A DNA stretch of 64,000 nucleotides, taken from assembly GCF_009914755.1 (NCBI RefSeq), contig NC_060943.1, one strand, 5' to 3'. The notes under the pieces are model-generated. The model was given only the letters and a program-made list of their open reading frames with translations, did no database searches and was not told the origin of the DNA. Each line of letters begins with the position of its first letter. Position 1 is the stretch's first letter. Source of the DNA: the human T2T-CHM13v2.0 reference genome, Homo sapiens. A program made the position numbers and the translations under genes. Below, in pieces: positions 25,001 to 39,800 of this stretch.

Positions 25001-27899
25001 GTGATGTGTGCGTTCAACTCACAGAGTTCAACCTTTCTTTTCATAGAGCAGTTGGGAAACACTCTGTTTGTAAAGTCTGCAAGTGGATATTCAGACTTCT
25101 TTGAGGCCTTCGTTGGAAGCGGGATTTCTTCATGTTCTGCTAGACAGAAGAATTCTCAGAAACTTCCTTGTGTTGTGTGTTTTCAACTCACAGAGTTGAA
25201 CGATCCTTTACACAGAGCAGACTTGAAACACTCCTTTTGTGGAATTTGCAAGTGGAGATTTCAGCCGCTTTGAGGTCAATGGTAGAATAGGAAATATCTT
25301 CCTATAGAAAGTAGACAGAATGATTCTCAGAAACTCCTTTGTGATGTGTGCGTTCAACTCACAGAGTTTAACCTTTCTTTTCATACAGCAGTTAGGAAAC
25401 ACTCTGTTTGTAAAGTCTGCAAGTGGATATTCAGACCTCCTTGAGGCCTTCGTTGGAAACGGGATTTCTTCATATTCTGCTAGACAGAAGAATTCTCAGT
25501 AACTTCCTTGTGTTGTGTGTATTCAACTCACAGAGTTGAACGATCCTTTACACAGAGCAGACTTGAAACACTCTTTTTGTTGAATTTGCAAGTGGAGATT
25601 TCAGCCGCTTTGAGGTCAATGGTAGAATAGGAAATATCTTCCTATAGAAACTAGACAGAATGATTCTCAGAAACTCCTTTGTGATGTGTGCGTTCAACTC
25701 ACAGAGTTTAACCTTTCTTTTCATAGAGCAGTTAGGAAACACTCTGTTTGTAAAGTCTGCAAGTGGATATTCAGACATCTTTGAGGCCTTCGTTGGAAAC
25801 GGGATTTCTTCATGTTCTGCTAGACAGAAGAATTCTCAGAAACTTCCTTGTGTTGTGTGTTTTCAACTCACAGAGTTGAACGATGCTTTACACAGAGTAG
25901 ACTTGAAACACTCTTTTTGTGTAATTTGCAAGTGGAGATTTCAGCCGCTTTGAGGTCAATGGTAGAAAAGGAAATATCTTCGTATAAAAACTAGACAGAA
26001 TGATTCTCAGAAACTCCTTTGTGATGTGTGCGTTCAACTCACAGAGTTTAACCTTTCTTTTCATAGAGCAGTTAGGAAACACTCTGTTTGTAAAGTCTGC
26101 AAGTGGATATTCAGACCACCTTGAGGCCTTCGTTGGAAACGGGATTTCTTCATATTATGCTAGACAGAAGAATTCTCAGTAACTTCCTTGTGTTGTGTGT
26201 ATTCAACTCACAGAGTTGAACGATCCTTTACACAGAGCAGAGTTGAAACACTCTTTTTGTGGAATTTGCAAGTGGAGATTTCAGCCGCTTTGAGGTCAAT
26301 GGTAGAATAGGAAATATCTTCATACAGAAACTAGACAGAATGATTCTCAGAAACTCCTTTGTGATGTGTGCGTTCAACTCACACAGTTTAACCTTTCTTT
26401 TCATAGAGCAGTTAGGAAACACTCTGTTTGTAAAGTCTGCAAGTGGATATTCAGACCTCCTTGAGGCATTCGTTGGAAACGGGATTTCTTCATATTATGC
26501 TAGACAGAAGAATTCTCAGTAACTTCCTTGTGTTGTGTGTATTCAACTCACAGAGTTGAACGATCCTTTACACAGAGTAGACTTGAAACACTCTTTTTGT
26601 GGAATTTGCAAGTGGAGATTTCAGCCGCTTTGAGTTCAATGGTAGAATAGGAAATATCTTCCTATAGAAACTAGACAGAATGATTCTCAGAAACTCCTTT
26701 GTGATGTGTGCGTTCAACTCACAGAGTTCAACCTTTCTTTTCATAGAGCAGTTGGGAAACACTCTGTTTGTAAAGTCTGCAAGTGGATATTCAGACTTCT
26801 TTGAGGCCTTCGTTGGAAGCGGGATTTCTTCATGTTCTGCTAGACAGAAGAATTCTCAGTAAATGCCTTGTGTTGTGTGTATTCAACTCACAGAGTTGAA
26901 CGATCCTTTACACAGAGCAGACTTGAAACACTCTTTTTGTGGAATTTGCAAGTGGAGATTTCAGCCGCTTTGAGTTCAATGGTAGAATAGGAAATATCTT
27001 CCTATAGAAACTAGACAGAATGATTCTCAGAAACTCCTTTGTGATGTGTGCGTTCAACTCACAGAGTTCAACCTTGCTTTTAATAGAGCAGTTGGGAAAC
27101 ACTCTGTATGTAAAGTCTGCAAGTGGATATTCAGACTTCTTTGAGGCCTTCGTTGGAAGCGGGATTTCTTCATATTCTGCTAGAAAGAAGAATTCTCAGT
27201 AACTTCCTTGTGTTGTGTGTATTCAACTCACAGAGTTGAACGATCCTTTACACAGAGCAGACTTGAAACACTCTTTTTGTGGAATTTGCAAGTGGAGATT
27301 TCAGCCGCTTTGAGGTCAATGGTAGAATAGGAAATATCTTCCTATAGAAACTAGACAGAATGATTCTCAGAAACTCCTTTGTGATGTGTGCGTTCAACTC
27401 ACAGAGTTTAACCTTTCTTTTCATAGAGCAGTTAGGAAACACTCTGTTTGTAAAGTCTGCAAGTGGATATTCAGACATCCTTGAGGCTTTCGTTGGAAAA
27501 GGGATTTCTTCATATTCTGCTAGAAAGAAGAATTCTCAGTAACTTCCTTGTGTTGTGTGTATTCAACTCACAGAGTTGAACGATCCTTTACACAGAGCAG
27601 ACTTGAAACACTCTTTTTGTGGAATTTGCAAGTGGAGATTTCAGCCGCTTTGAGGTCAATGGTAGAATAGGAAATATCTTCCTATAGAAACTAGACAGAA
27701 TGATTCTCAGAAACTCCTTTGTGATGTGTGCGTGCAACTCACAGAGTTTAACCTTTCTTTTCATAGAGTAGTTGGGAAACACTCTGTTTGTAAAGTCTGC
27801 AAGTGGATATTCAGACATCCTTGAGGCTTTCGTTGGAAACGGGATTTCTTCATATTCTGCTAGAAAGAAGAATTCTCAGTAACTTCCTTGTGTTGTGTG

Positions 27900-30800
27900 T
27901 ATTCAACTCACAGAGTTGAACGATCCTTTACACAGAGCAGACTTGAAACACTCTTTTTGTGGAATTTGCAAGTGGAGATTTCAGCCGCTTTGAGTTCAAT
28001 GGTAGAATAAGAAATATCTTCCTATAGAAACTAGACAGAATGATTCTCAGAAACTCCTTTGTGATGTGTGCGTTCAACTCACAGAGTTCAACCTTTCCTT
28101 TCATAGAGCAGTTGGGAAACACTCTGTTTGTAAAGTCTGCAAGTGGATATTCAGACTTCTTTGAGGCCTTCGTTGGAAGCGGGATGTCTTCATGTTCTGC
28201 TAGACAGAAGAATTCTCAGAAACTTCCTTGTGTTGTGTGTTTTCAACTCACAGAGTTGAACGATCCTTTACACAGAGCAGACTTGAAACACTCCTTTTGT
28301 GGAATTTGCAAGTGGAGATTTCAGGCCGCTTTGAGGTCAATGGTAGAATAGGAAATATCTTCCTATAGAAAGTAGACAGAATGATTCTCAGAAACTCCTT
28401 TGTGATGTGTGCGTTCAACTCACAGAGTTTAACCTTTCTTTTCATACAGCAGTTAGGAAACACTCTGTTTGTAAAGTCTGCAAGTGGATATTCAGACCTC
28501 CTTGAGGCCTTCGTTGGAAACGGGATTTCTTCATATTATGCTAGACAGAAGAATTCTCAGTAACTTCCTTGTGTTGTGTGTATTCAACTCACAGAGTTGA
28601 ACAATCCTTTACACAGAGCAGACTTGAAACACTCTTTTTGTGGAATTTGCAAGTGGAGATTTCAGCCGCTTTGAGTTCAATGGTAGAATAGGAAATATCT
28701 TCCTATAGAAACTAGACAGAATGGTTCTCAGAAACTCCTTTGTGATGTGTGCGTTCAACTCACAGAGTTCAACCTTTCTTTTCATAGAGCAGTTGGGAAA
28801 CACTCTGTTTGTAAAGTCTGCAAGTGGATATTCAGACTTCTTTGAGGCCTTCGTTGGAAGCGGGATTTCTTCATATTCTGCTAGACAGAAGAATTCTCAG
28901 TAACTGCCTTGTGTTGTGTGTATTCAACTCACAGAGTTGAACGATCCTTTACACAGAGCAGACTTGAAACACTCTTTTTGTGGAACTTGCAAGTGGAGAT
29001 TTCAGCCGATTTGAGGTCAATGGTAGAATAGGAAATATCTTCCTATAGAAACTAGACAGAATGATTCTCAGAAACTCCTTTGTGATGTGTGCGTTCAACT
29101 CACAGAGTTTAACCTTTCTTTTCATAGAGCAGTTAGGAAACACTCTGTTTGTAAAGTCTGCAAGTGGATATTCAGACATCCTTGAGGCTTTCGTTGGAAA
29201 CGGGATTTCTTCATATTCTGCTAGAAAGAAGAATTCTCAGTAACTTCCTTGTGTTGTGTGTATTCAACTCACAGAGTTGAACGATCCTTTACACAGAGCA
29301 GACTTGAAAGACTCTTTTTGTGGAATTTGCAAGTGGAGATTTCAGCCGCTTTGAGGTCAATGGTAGAATAGGAAATATCTTCCTATAGAAACTAGACAGA
29401 ATGATTCTCAGAAACTCCTTTGTGATGTGTGCGTTCAACTCACAGAGTTTAACCTTTCTTTTCATAGAGCAGTTAGGAAACACTCTGTTTGTAAAGTCTG
29501 CAAGTGGATATTCAGACATCTTTGAGGCCTTCGTTGGAAACGGGATTTCTTCATGTTCTGCTAGACAGAAGAATTCTCAGAAACTTCCTTGTGTTGTGTG
29601 TTTTCAACTCACAGAGTTGAACGATGCTTTACACAGAGTAGACTTGAAACACTCTTTTTGTGTAATTTGCAAGTGGAGATTTCAGCCGCTTTGAGGTCAA
29701 TGGTAGAAAAGGAAATATCTTCGTATAAAAACTAGACAGAATGATTCTCAGAAACTCCTTTGTGATGTGTGCGTTCAACTCACAGAGTTTACCCTTTCTT
29801 TTCATAGAGCAGTTAGGAAACACTCTGTTTGTAAAGTCTGCAAGTGGATATTCAGACCTCCTTGATGCCTTCGTTGGAAACGGGATTTCTTCATATTATT
29901 GTAGACAGAAGAATTCTCAATAACTTCCTTGTGTTGTGTGTATTCAACTCACAGAGTTGAACGATCCTTTACACAGAGCAGACTTGAAACACTCTTTTTG
30001 TGGAATTTGCAAGTGGAGATTTCAGCCGCTTTGAGGTCAATGGTAGAATAGGAAATATCTTCCTATAGAAACTAGACAGAGTGATTCTCAGAAACTCCTT
30101 TGTGATGTGTGCATTCAACTCACAGAGTTTAACCTTTCTTTTCATAGAGCAGTTAGGAAACACTCTGTTTGTAAAGTCTGCAACTGGATATTCAGACCTC
30201 CTTAAGGCCTTCGTTGGAAACGGGATTTCTTCATATTATGCTAGACAGAAGAATTCTCAGTAACTTCCTTGTGTTGTGTGTATTCAACTCACAGAGTTGA
30301 ACGATCCTTTACACAGAGCAGACTTGAAACACTCTTTTTGTGGAATTTGCAAGTGGAGATTTCAGCCGCTTTGAGGTCAATGGTAGAATAGGAAATATCT
30401 TCCTATAGAAACTAGACAGAATAATTCTCAGAAACTCCTTTGTGATGTGTGCGTTCAACTCACACAGTTTAACCTTTCTTTTCATAGAGCAGTTAGGAAA
30501 CACTCTGTTTGTAAAGTCTGCAAGTGGATATTCAGACCACCTTGAGGCCTTCGTTGGAAACGGGATTTCTTCATATTATGCTAGAGAGAAGAATTCTCAG
30601 TAACTTCCTTGTGTTGTGTTTATTCAACTCACAGAGTTGAACGATCCTTTCCACAGAGCAGACTTGAAACACTCTTTTTGTGGAATTTGCAAGTGGAGAT
30701 TTCAGCCGCTTTGAGTTCAATGGTAGAATAGGAAATATCTTCCTATAGAAACTAGACAGAATGATTCTCAGAAACTCCTTTGTGATGTGTGCGTTCAACT

Positions 30801-33800
30801 CACAGAGTTCAACCTTTCTTTTCATAGAGCAGTTGGGAAACACTCTGTTTGTAAAGTCTGCAAGTGGATATTCAGACTTCTTTGAGGCCTTCGTTGGAAG
30901 CGGGATTTCTTCATGTTCTGCTAGACAGAAGAATTCTCAGAAACTTCCTTGTGTTGTGTGTTTTCAACTCACAGAGTTGAACGATCCTTTACACAGAGCA
31001 GACTTGAAACACTCCTTTTGTGGAATTTGCAAGTGGAGATTTCAGCCGCTTTGAGGTCAATGGTAGAATAGGAAATATCTTCCTATAGAAAGTAGACAGA
31101 ATGATTCTCAGAAACTCCTTTGTGATGTGTGCGTTCAACTCACAGAGTTTAACCTTTCTTTTCATAGAGCAGTTAGGAAACACTGTTTGTAAAGTCTGCA
31201 AGTGGATATTCAGACCTCCTTGAGGCCTTCGTTGGAAACGGTATTTCTTCATATTCTGCTAGACAGAAGAATTCTCAGTAACTTCCTTGTGTTGTGTGTA
31301 TTCAACTCACAGAGTTGGACGATCCTTTACACAGAGCAGACTTGAAACACTCTTTTTGTGGCATTTGCAAGTGGAGATTTCAGCCGCTTTGAGTTCAATG
31401 GTAGAATAGGAAATATCTTCCTATAGAAACTAGACAGAATGATTCTCAGAAACTCCTTTGTGATGTGTGCGTTCAACTCACAGAGTTCAACCTTTCTTTT
31501 CATAGAGCAGTTGGGAAACACTCTGTTTGTAAAGTCTGCAAGTGGATATTCAGACTTCTTTGAGGCCTTCGTTGGAAGCGGGATTTCTTCATATTCTGCT
31601 AGACAGAAGAATTCTCAGTAACTGCCTTGTGTTGTGTGTATTCAACTCACAGAGTTGAACGATCCTTTACACAGAGCAGACTTGAAACACTCTTTTTATG
31701 GAACTTGCAAGTGGAGATTTCAGCCTCTTTGAGGTCAATGGTAGAATAGCAAATATCTTCCTATAGAAACTAGACAGAATGATTCTCAGAAACTCCTTTG
31801 TGATGTGTGCGTTCAACTCACAGAGTTTAACCTTTCTTTTCATAGAGCAGTTAGGAAACACTCTGTTTGTAAAGTCTGCAAGTGGATATTCAGACATCTT
31901 TGAGGCCTTCGTTGGAAACGGGAATTCTTCATGTTCTGCTAGACAGAAGAATTCTCAGAAACTTCCTTGTTTTGTGTGTTTTCAACTCACAGAGTTGAAC
32001 GATGCTTTACACAGAGTAGACTTGAAACACTCTTTTTGTGTAATTTGCAAGTGGAGATTTCAACCGCTTTGAGGTCAATGGTAGAAAAGGAAATATCTTC
32101 GTATAAAAACTAGACAGAATGATTCTCAGAAACTCCTTTGTGATGTGTGCGTTCAACTCACAGAGTTTAACCTTTCTTTTCATAGAGCAGTTAGGAAACA
32201 CTCTGTTTGTAAAGTCTGCAAGTGGATATTCAGACCTCCTTGAGGCCTTCGTTGGAAACGGGATTTCTTCATATTATGCTAGACAGAAGAATTCTCAGTA
32301 ACTTCCTTGTGTTGTGTGTATTCAACTCACAGAGTTGAACGATCCTTTACACAGAGCAGACTTGAAACACTCTTTTTGTGGAATTTGCAAGTGGAGATTT
32401 CAGCCGCTTTGAGGTCAATGGTAGAATAGGAAATATCTTCATACAGAAACTAGACAGAATGATTCTCAGAAACTCCTTTGTGATGTGTGCGTTCAACTCA
32501 CACAGTTTAACCTTTCTTTTCATAGAGCAGTTAGGAAACACTCTGTTTGTAAAGTCTGCAAGTGGATATTCAGACCTCCTTGAGGCATTCGTTGGAAACG
32601 GGATTTCTTCATATTATGCTAGACAGAAGAATTCTCAGTAACTTCCTTGTGTTGTGTGTATTCAACTCACAGAGTTGAACGATCCTTTACACAGAGCAGA
32701 CTTGAAACACTCTTTTTGTGGAATTTGCAAGTGGAGATTTCAGCCGTTTTGAGTTCAATGGTAGAATAGGAAATATCTTCCTATAGAAACTAGACAGAAT
32801 GATTCTCAGAAACTCCTTTGTGATGTGTGCGTTCAACTCACAGAGTTCAACCTTCCTTTTCATAGAGCAGTTGGGAAACACTCTGTTTGTAAAGTCTGCA
32901 AGTGGATATTCAGACTTCTTTGAGGCCTTTGTTGGAAGCGGGATTTCTTCATGTTCTGCTAGACAGAAGAATTCTCAGTAACTGCCTTGTGTTGTGTGTA
33001 TTCAACTCACAGAGTTGAACGATCCTTTACACAGAGTAGACTTGACACACTCCTTTTGTCGAATTTGCAAGTGGTGATTTCAGCCGCTTTGAGGTCAATG
33101 GTAGAATAGGAAATATCTTCGTATAAAAACTAGACAGAATGATTCTCAGAAACTCCTTTGTGATGTGTGCGTTCATCTCACAGAGTTTAACCTTTCTTTT
33201 CATAGAGCAGTTGGGAAACACTCTGTTTGTAAAGTCTGCAAGTGGATATTCAGACATCCTTGAGGCTTTCGTTGGAAACGGGATTTCTTCATATTCTGCT
33301 AGAAAGAAGAATTCTCAGTAACTTCCTTGTGTTGTGTGTATTCAACTCACAGAGTTGAACGATCCTTTACACAGAGCAGACTTGAAACACTCTTTTTGTG
33401 GAATTTGCAAGTGGAGATTTCAGCCGCTTTGAGTTCAATGGTAGAATAGGAAATATCTTCCTATAGAAACTAGACAGAATGATTCTCAGAAACTCCTTTG
33501 TGATGTGTGCGTTCAACTCACAGAGTTCAACCTTTCTTTTCCTAGAGCAGTTGGGAAACACTCTGTTTGTAAAGTCTGCAATTGGATATTCAGACTTCTT
33601 TGAGGCCTTCGTTGGAAGCGGGATTTCTTCATGTTCTGCTGGACAGAAGAATTCTCAGTAACTGCCTTGTGTTGTGTGTATTCAACTCACAGAGTTGAAC
33701 GATCCTTTACACAGAGCAGACTTGAAACACTCCTTTTGTGGAATTTGCAAGTGGAGATTTCAGCCGCTTTGAGGTCAATGGTAGAATAGGAAATATCTTC

Positions 33801-36800
33801 CTATAGAAACTAGACAGAATGATTCTCAGAAACTCCTTTGTGATGTGTGCGTTCAACTCACAGAGTTTAAACTTTCTTTTCATAGAGCAGTTAGGAAACA
33901 CTCTGTTTGTAAAGTCTGCAAGTGGATATTCAGACCTCCTTGAGGCCTTCGTTGGAAACGGGATTTCTTCATATTATGCTAGACAGAAGAATTCTCAGTA
34001 ACTGCCTTGTGTTGTGTGTATTCAACTCACAGAGTTGAACGATCCTTTACACAGAGCAGACTTGAAACACTCCTTTTGTGGAATTTGCAAGTGGAGATTT
34101 CAGCCGCTTTGAGGTCAATGGTAGAATAGGAAATATCTTCCTATAGAAACTAGACAGAATGATTCTCAGAAACTCCTTTGTGATGTGTGCGTTCAACTCA
34201 CAGAGTTTAACCTTTCTTTTCATAGAGCAGTTAGGAAACACTCTGTTTGTAAAGTCTGCAAGTGGATATTCAGACCTCCTTGAGGCTTTCGTTGGAAACG
34301 GGATTTCTTCATATTATGCTAGAAAGAAGAATTCTCAGTAACTTCCTTGTGTTGTGTGTATTCAACTCACAGAGTTGAACGATCCTTTACACAGAGCAGA
34401 CTTGAAACACTCTTTTTGTGGAATTTGCAAGTGGAGATTTCAGCCGCTTTGAGGTCAATGGTAGAATAGGAAATATCTTCCTATAGAAACTAGACAGAAT
34501 GATTCTCAGAAACTCCTTTGTGATGTGTGCGTTCAACTCACAGAGTTTAACCTTTCTTTTCATAGAGCAGTTAGGAAACACTCTGTTTGTAAAGTCTGCA
34601 AGTGGATATTCAGACATCTTTGAGGCCTTCGTTGGAAACGGGATTTCTTCATGTTCTGCTAGACAGAAGAATTCTCAGAAACTTCCTTGTGTTGTGTGTT
34701 TTCAACTCACAGAGTTGAACGATGCTTTACACAGAGTAGACTTGAAACACTCTTTTTGTGTAATTTGCAAGTGGAGATTTCAGCTGCTTTGAGGTCAATG
34801 GTAGAAAAGGAAATATCTTCGTATAAAAACTAGACAGAATGATTCTCAGAAACTCCTTTGTGATGTGTGCGTTCAACTCACAGAGTTTACCCTTTCTTTT
34901 CATAGAGCAGTTAGGAAACACTCTGTTTGTAAAGTCTGCAAGTGGATATTCAGACCTCCTTGATGCCTTCGTTGGAAACGGGATTTCTTCATATTATTGT
35001 AGACAGAAGAATTCTCAGTAACTTCCTTGTGTTGTGTGTATTCAACTCACAGAGTTGAACGATCCTTTACACAGAGCAGACTTGAAACACTCTTTTTGTG
35101 GAATTTGCAAGTGGAGATTTCAGCCGCTTTGAGGTCAATGGTAGAATAGGAAATATCTTCCTATAGAAACTAGACAGAATGATTCTCAGAAACTCCTTTG
35201 TGATGTGTGCATTCAACTCACAGAGTTTAACCTTTCTTTTCATAGAGCAGTTAGGAAACACTCTGTTTGTAAAGTCTGCAAGTGGATATTCAGACCTCCT
35301 TAAGGCCTTCGTTGGAAACGGGATTTCTTCATATTATGCTAGACAGAAGAATTCTCAGTAACTTCCTTGTGTTGTGTGTATTCAACTCACAGAGTTGAAC
35401 GATCCTTTACACAGAGCAGACTTGAAACACTCTTTTTGTGGAATTTGCAAGTGGAGATTTCAGCCGCTTTGAGGTCAATGGTAGAATAGGAAATATCTTC
35501 CTATAGAAACTAGACAGAATGATTCTCAGAAACTCCTTTGTGATGTGTGCGTTCAACTCACACAGTTTAACCTTTCTTTTCATAGAGCAGTTAGGAAACA
35601 CTCTGTTTGTAAAGTCTGCAAGTGGATATTCAGACCTCCTTGAGGCCTTCGTTGGAAACGGGATTTCTTCATATTATGCTAGACAGAAGAATTCTCAGTA
35701 ACTTCCTTGTGTTGTGTTTATTCAACTCACAGAGTTGAACGATCCTTTCCACAGAGCAGACTTGAAACACTCTTTTTGTGGAATTTGCAAGTGGAGATTT
35801 CAGCCGCTTTGAGTTCAATGGTAGAATAGGAAATATCTTCCTATAGAAACTAGACAGAATGATTCTCAGAAACTCCTTTGTGATGTGTGCGTTCAACTCA
35901 CAGAGTTCAACCTTTCTTTTCATAGAGCAGTTGGGAAACACTCTGTTTGTAAAGTCTGCAAGTGGATATTCAGACTTCTTTGAGGCCTTCGTTGGAAGCG
36001 GGATTTCTTCATGTTCTGCTAGACAGAAGAATTCTCAGAAACTTCCTTGTGTTGTGTGTTTTCAACTCACAGAGTTGAACGATCCTTTACACAGAGCAGA
36101 CTTGAAACACTCCTTTTGTGGAATTTGCAAGTGGAGATTTCAGCCGCTTTGAGGTCAATGGTAGAATAGGAAATATCTTCCTATAGAAAGTAGACAGAAT
36201 GATTCTCAGAAACTCCTTTGTGATGTGTGCGTTCAACTCACAGAGTTTAACCTTTCTTTTCATAGAGCAGTTAGGAAACACTCTGTTTGTAAAGTCTGCA
36301 AGTGGATATTCAGACCTCCTTGAGGCCTTCGTTGGAAACGGTATTTCTTCATATTCTGCTAGACAGAAGAATTCTCAGTAACTTCCTTGTGTTGTGTGTA
36401 TTCAACTCACAGAGTTGGACGATCCTTTACACAGAGCAGACTTGAAACACTCTTTTTGTGGCATTTGCAAGTGGAGATTTCAGCCGCTTTGAGTTCAATG
36501 GTAGAATAGGAAATATCTTCCTATAGAAACTAGACAGAATGATTCTCAGAAACTCCTTTGTGATGTGTGCGTTCAACTCACAGAGTTCAACCTTTCTTTT
36601 CATAGAGCAGTTGGGAAACACTCTGTTTGTAAAGTCTGCAAGTGGATATTCAGACTTCTTTGAGGCCTTCGTTGGAAGCGGGATTTCTTCATATTCTGCT
36701 AGACAGAAGAATTCTCAGTAACTGCCTTGTGTTGTGTGTATTCAACTCACAGAGTTGAACGATCCTTTACACAGAGCAGACTTGAAACACTCTTTTTGTG

Positions 36801-39800
36801 GAACTTGCAAGTGGAGATTTCAGCCGCTTTGAGGTCAATGGTAGAATAGGAAATATCTTCCTATAGAAACTAGACAGAATGATTCTCAGAAACTCCTTTG
36901 TGATGTGTGCGTTCAACTCACAGAGTTTAACCTTTCTTTTCATAGAGCAGTTAGGAAACACTCTGTTTGTAAAGTCTGCAAGTGGATATTCAGACCTCCT
37001 TGAGGCCTTCGTTGGAAACGGGATTTCTTCATATTATGCTAGACAGAAGAATTCTCAGTAACTTCCTTGTGTTGTGTGTATTCAACTCACAGAGTTGAAC
37101 GATCCTTTACACAGAGCAGACTTGAAACACTCTTTTTGTGGAATTTGCAAGTGGAGATTTCAGCCGCTTTGAGATCAATGGTAGAATAGGAAATATCTTC
37201 ATACAGAAACTAGACAGAATGATTCTCAGAAACTCCTTTGTGATGTGTGCGTTCAACTCACACAGTTTAACCTTTCTTTTCATAGAGCAGTTAGGAAACA
37301 CTCTGTTTGTAAAGTCTGCAAGTGGATATTCAGACCTCCTTGAGGCATTCGTTGGAAACGGGATTTCTTCATATTATGCTAGACAGAAGAATTCTCAGTA
37401 ACTTCCTTGTGTTGTGTGTATTCAACTCACAGAGTTGAACGATCCTTTACACAGAGCAGACTTGAAACACTCTTTTTGTGGAATTTGCAAGTGGAGATTT
37501 CAGCCGTTTTGAGTTCAATGGTAGAATAGGAAATATCTTCCTATAGAAACTAGACAGAATGATTCTCAGAAACTCCTTTGTGATGTGTGCGTTCAACTCA
37601 CAGAGTTCAACCTTCCTTTTCATAGAGCAGTTGGGAAACACTCTGTTTGTAAAGTCTGCAAGTGGATATTCAGACTTCTTTGAGGCCTTTGTTGGAAGCG
37701 GGATTTCTTCATGTTCTGCCAGACAGAAGAATTCTCAGTAACTGCCTTGTGTTGTGTGTATTCAACTCACAGAGTTGAACGATCCTTTACACAGAGTAGA
37801 CTTGAAACACTCCTTTTGTCGAATTTGCAAGTGGTGATTTCAGCCGCTTTGAGGTCAATGGTAGAATAGGAAATATCTTCGTATAAAAACTAGACAGAAT
37901 GATTCTCAGAAACTCCTTTGTGATGTGTGCGTTCATCTCACAGAGTTTAACCTTTCTTTTCATAGAGCAGTTGGGAAACACTCTGTTTGTAAAGTCTGCA
38001 AGTGGATATTCAGACATCCTTGAGGCTTTCGTTGGAAACGGGATTTCTTCATATTCTGCTAGAAAGAAGAATTCTCAGTAACTTCCTTGTGTTGTGTGTA
38101 TTCAACTCACAGAGTTGAACGATCCTTTACACAGAGCAGACTTGAAACACTCTTTTTGTGGAATTTGCAAGTGGAGATTTCAGCCGCTTTGAGTTCAATG
38201 GTAGAATAGGAAATATCTTCCTATAGAAACTAGACAGAATGATTCTCAGAAACTCCTTTGTGATGTGTGCGTTCAACTCACAGAGTTCAACCTTTCTTTT
38301 CCTAGAGCAGTTGGGAAACACTCTGTTTGTAAAGTCTGCAAGTGGATATTCAGACTTCTTTGAGGCCTTCGTTGGAAGCGGGATTTCTTCATGTTCTGCT
38401 GGACAGAAGAATTCTCAGTAACTGCCTTGTGTTGTGTGTATTCAACTCACAGAGTTGAACGATCCTTTACACAGAGCAGACTTGAAACACTCCTTTTGTG
38501 GAATTTGCAAGTGGAGATTTCAGCCGCTTTGAGGTCAATGGTAGAATAGGAAATATCTTCCTATAGAAACTAGACAGAATGATTCTCAGAAACTGCTTTG
38601 TGATGTGTGCGTTCAACTCACAGAGTTTAACCTTTCTTTTCATAGAGCAGTTAGGAAACACTCTGTTTGTAAAGTCTGCAAGTGGATATTCAGACCTCCT
38701 TGAGGCCTTCGTTGGAAACGGGATTTCTTCATATTCTGCTAGACAGAAGAATTCTCAGTAACTGCCTTGTGTTGTGTGTATTCAACTCACAGAGTTGAAC
38801 GATCCTTTACACAGAGCAGACTTGAAACACTCCTTTTGTGGAATTTGCAAGTGGAGATTTCAGCCGCTTTGAGGTCAATGGTAGAATAGGAAATATCTTC
38901 CTGTAGAAACTAGACAGAATGATTCTCAGAAACTCCTTTGTGATGTGTGCGTTCAACTCACAGAGTTTAACCTTTCTTTTCATAGAGCAGTTAGGAAACA
39001 CTCTGTTTGTAAAGTCTGCAAGTGGATATTCAGACATCCTTGAGGCTTTCGTTGGAAACGGGATTTCTTCATATTCTGCTAGAAAGAAGAATTCTCAGTA
39101 ACTTCCTTGTGTTGTGTGTATTCAACTCACAGAGTTGAACGATCCTTTACACAGAGCAGACTTGAAACACTCTTTTTGTGGAATTTGCAAGTGGAGATTT
39201 CAGCCGCTTTGAGATCAATGGTAGAATAGGAAATATCTTCCTATAGAAACTAGACAGAATGATTCTCAGAAACTCCTTTGTGATGTGTGCGTTCAACTCA
39301 CACAGTTTAACCTTTCTTTTCAGAGAGCAGTTAGGAAACACTCTGTTTGTAAAGTCTGCAAGTGGATATTCAGACCTCCTTGAGGCCTTCGTTGGAAACG
39401 GGATTTCTTCATATTATGCTAGACAGAAGAATTCTCAGTAACTTCCTTGTGTTGTGTGTATTCAACTCACAGAGTTGAACGATCCTTTACACAGAGCAGA
39501 CTTGAAACACTCTTTTTGTGGAATTTGCAAGTGGAGATTTCAGCCGCTTTGAGTTCAATGGTAGAATAGGAAATATCTTCCTATAGAAACTAGACAGAAT
39601 GATTCTCAGAAACTCCTTTGTGATGTGTGCGTTCAACTCACAGAGTTCAACCTTTCCTTTCATAGAGCAGTTGGGAAACACTCTGTTTGTAAAGTCTGCA
39701 AGTGGATATTCAGACTTCTTTGAGGCCTTCGTTGGAAGCGGGATTTCTTCATGTTCTGCTAGACAGAAGAATTCTCAGAAACTTCCTTGTGTTGTGTGTT

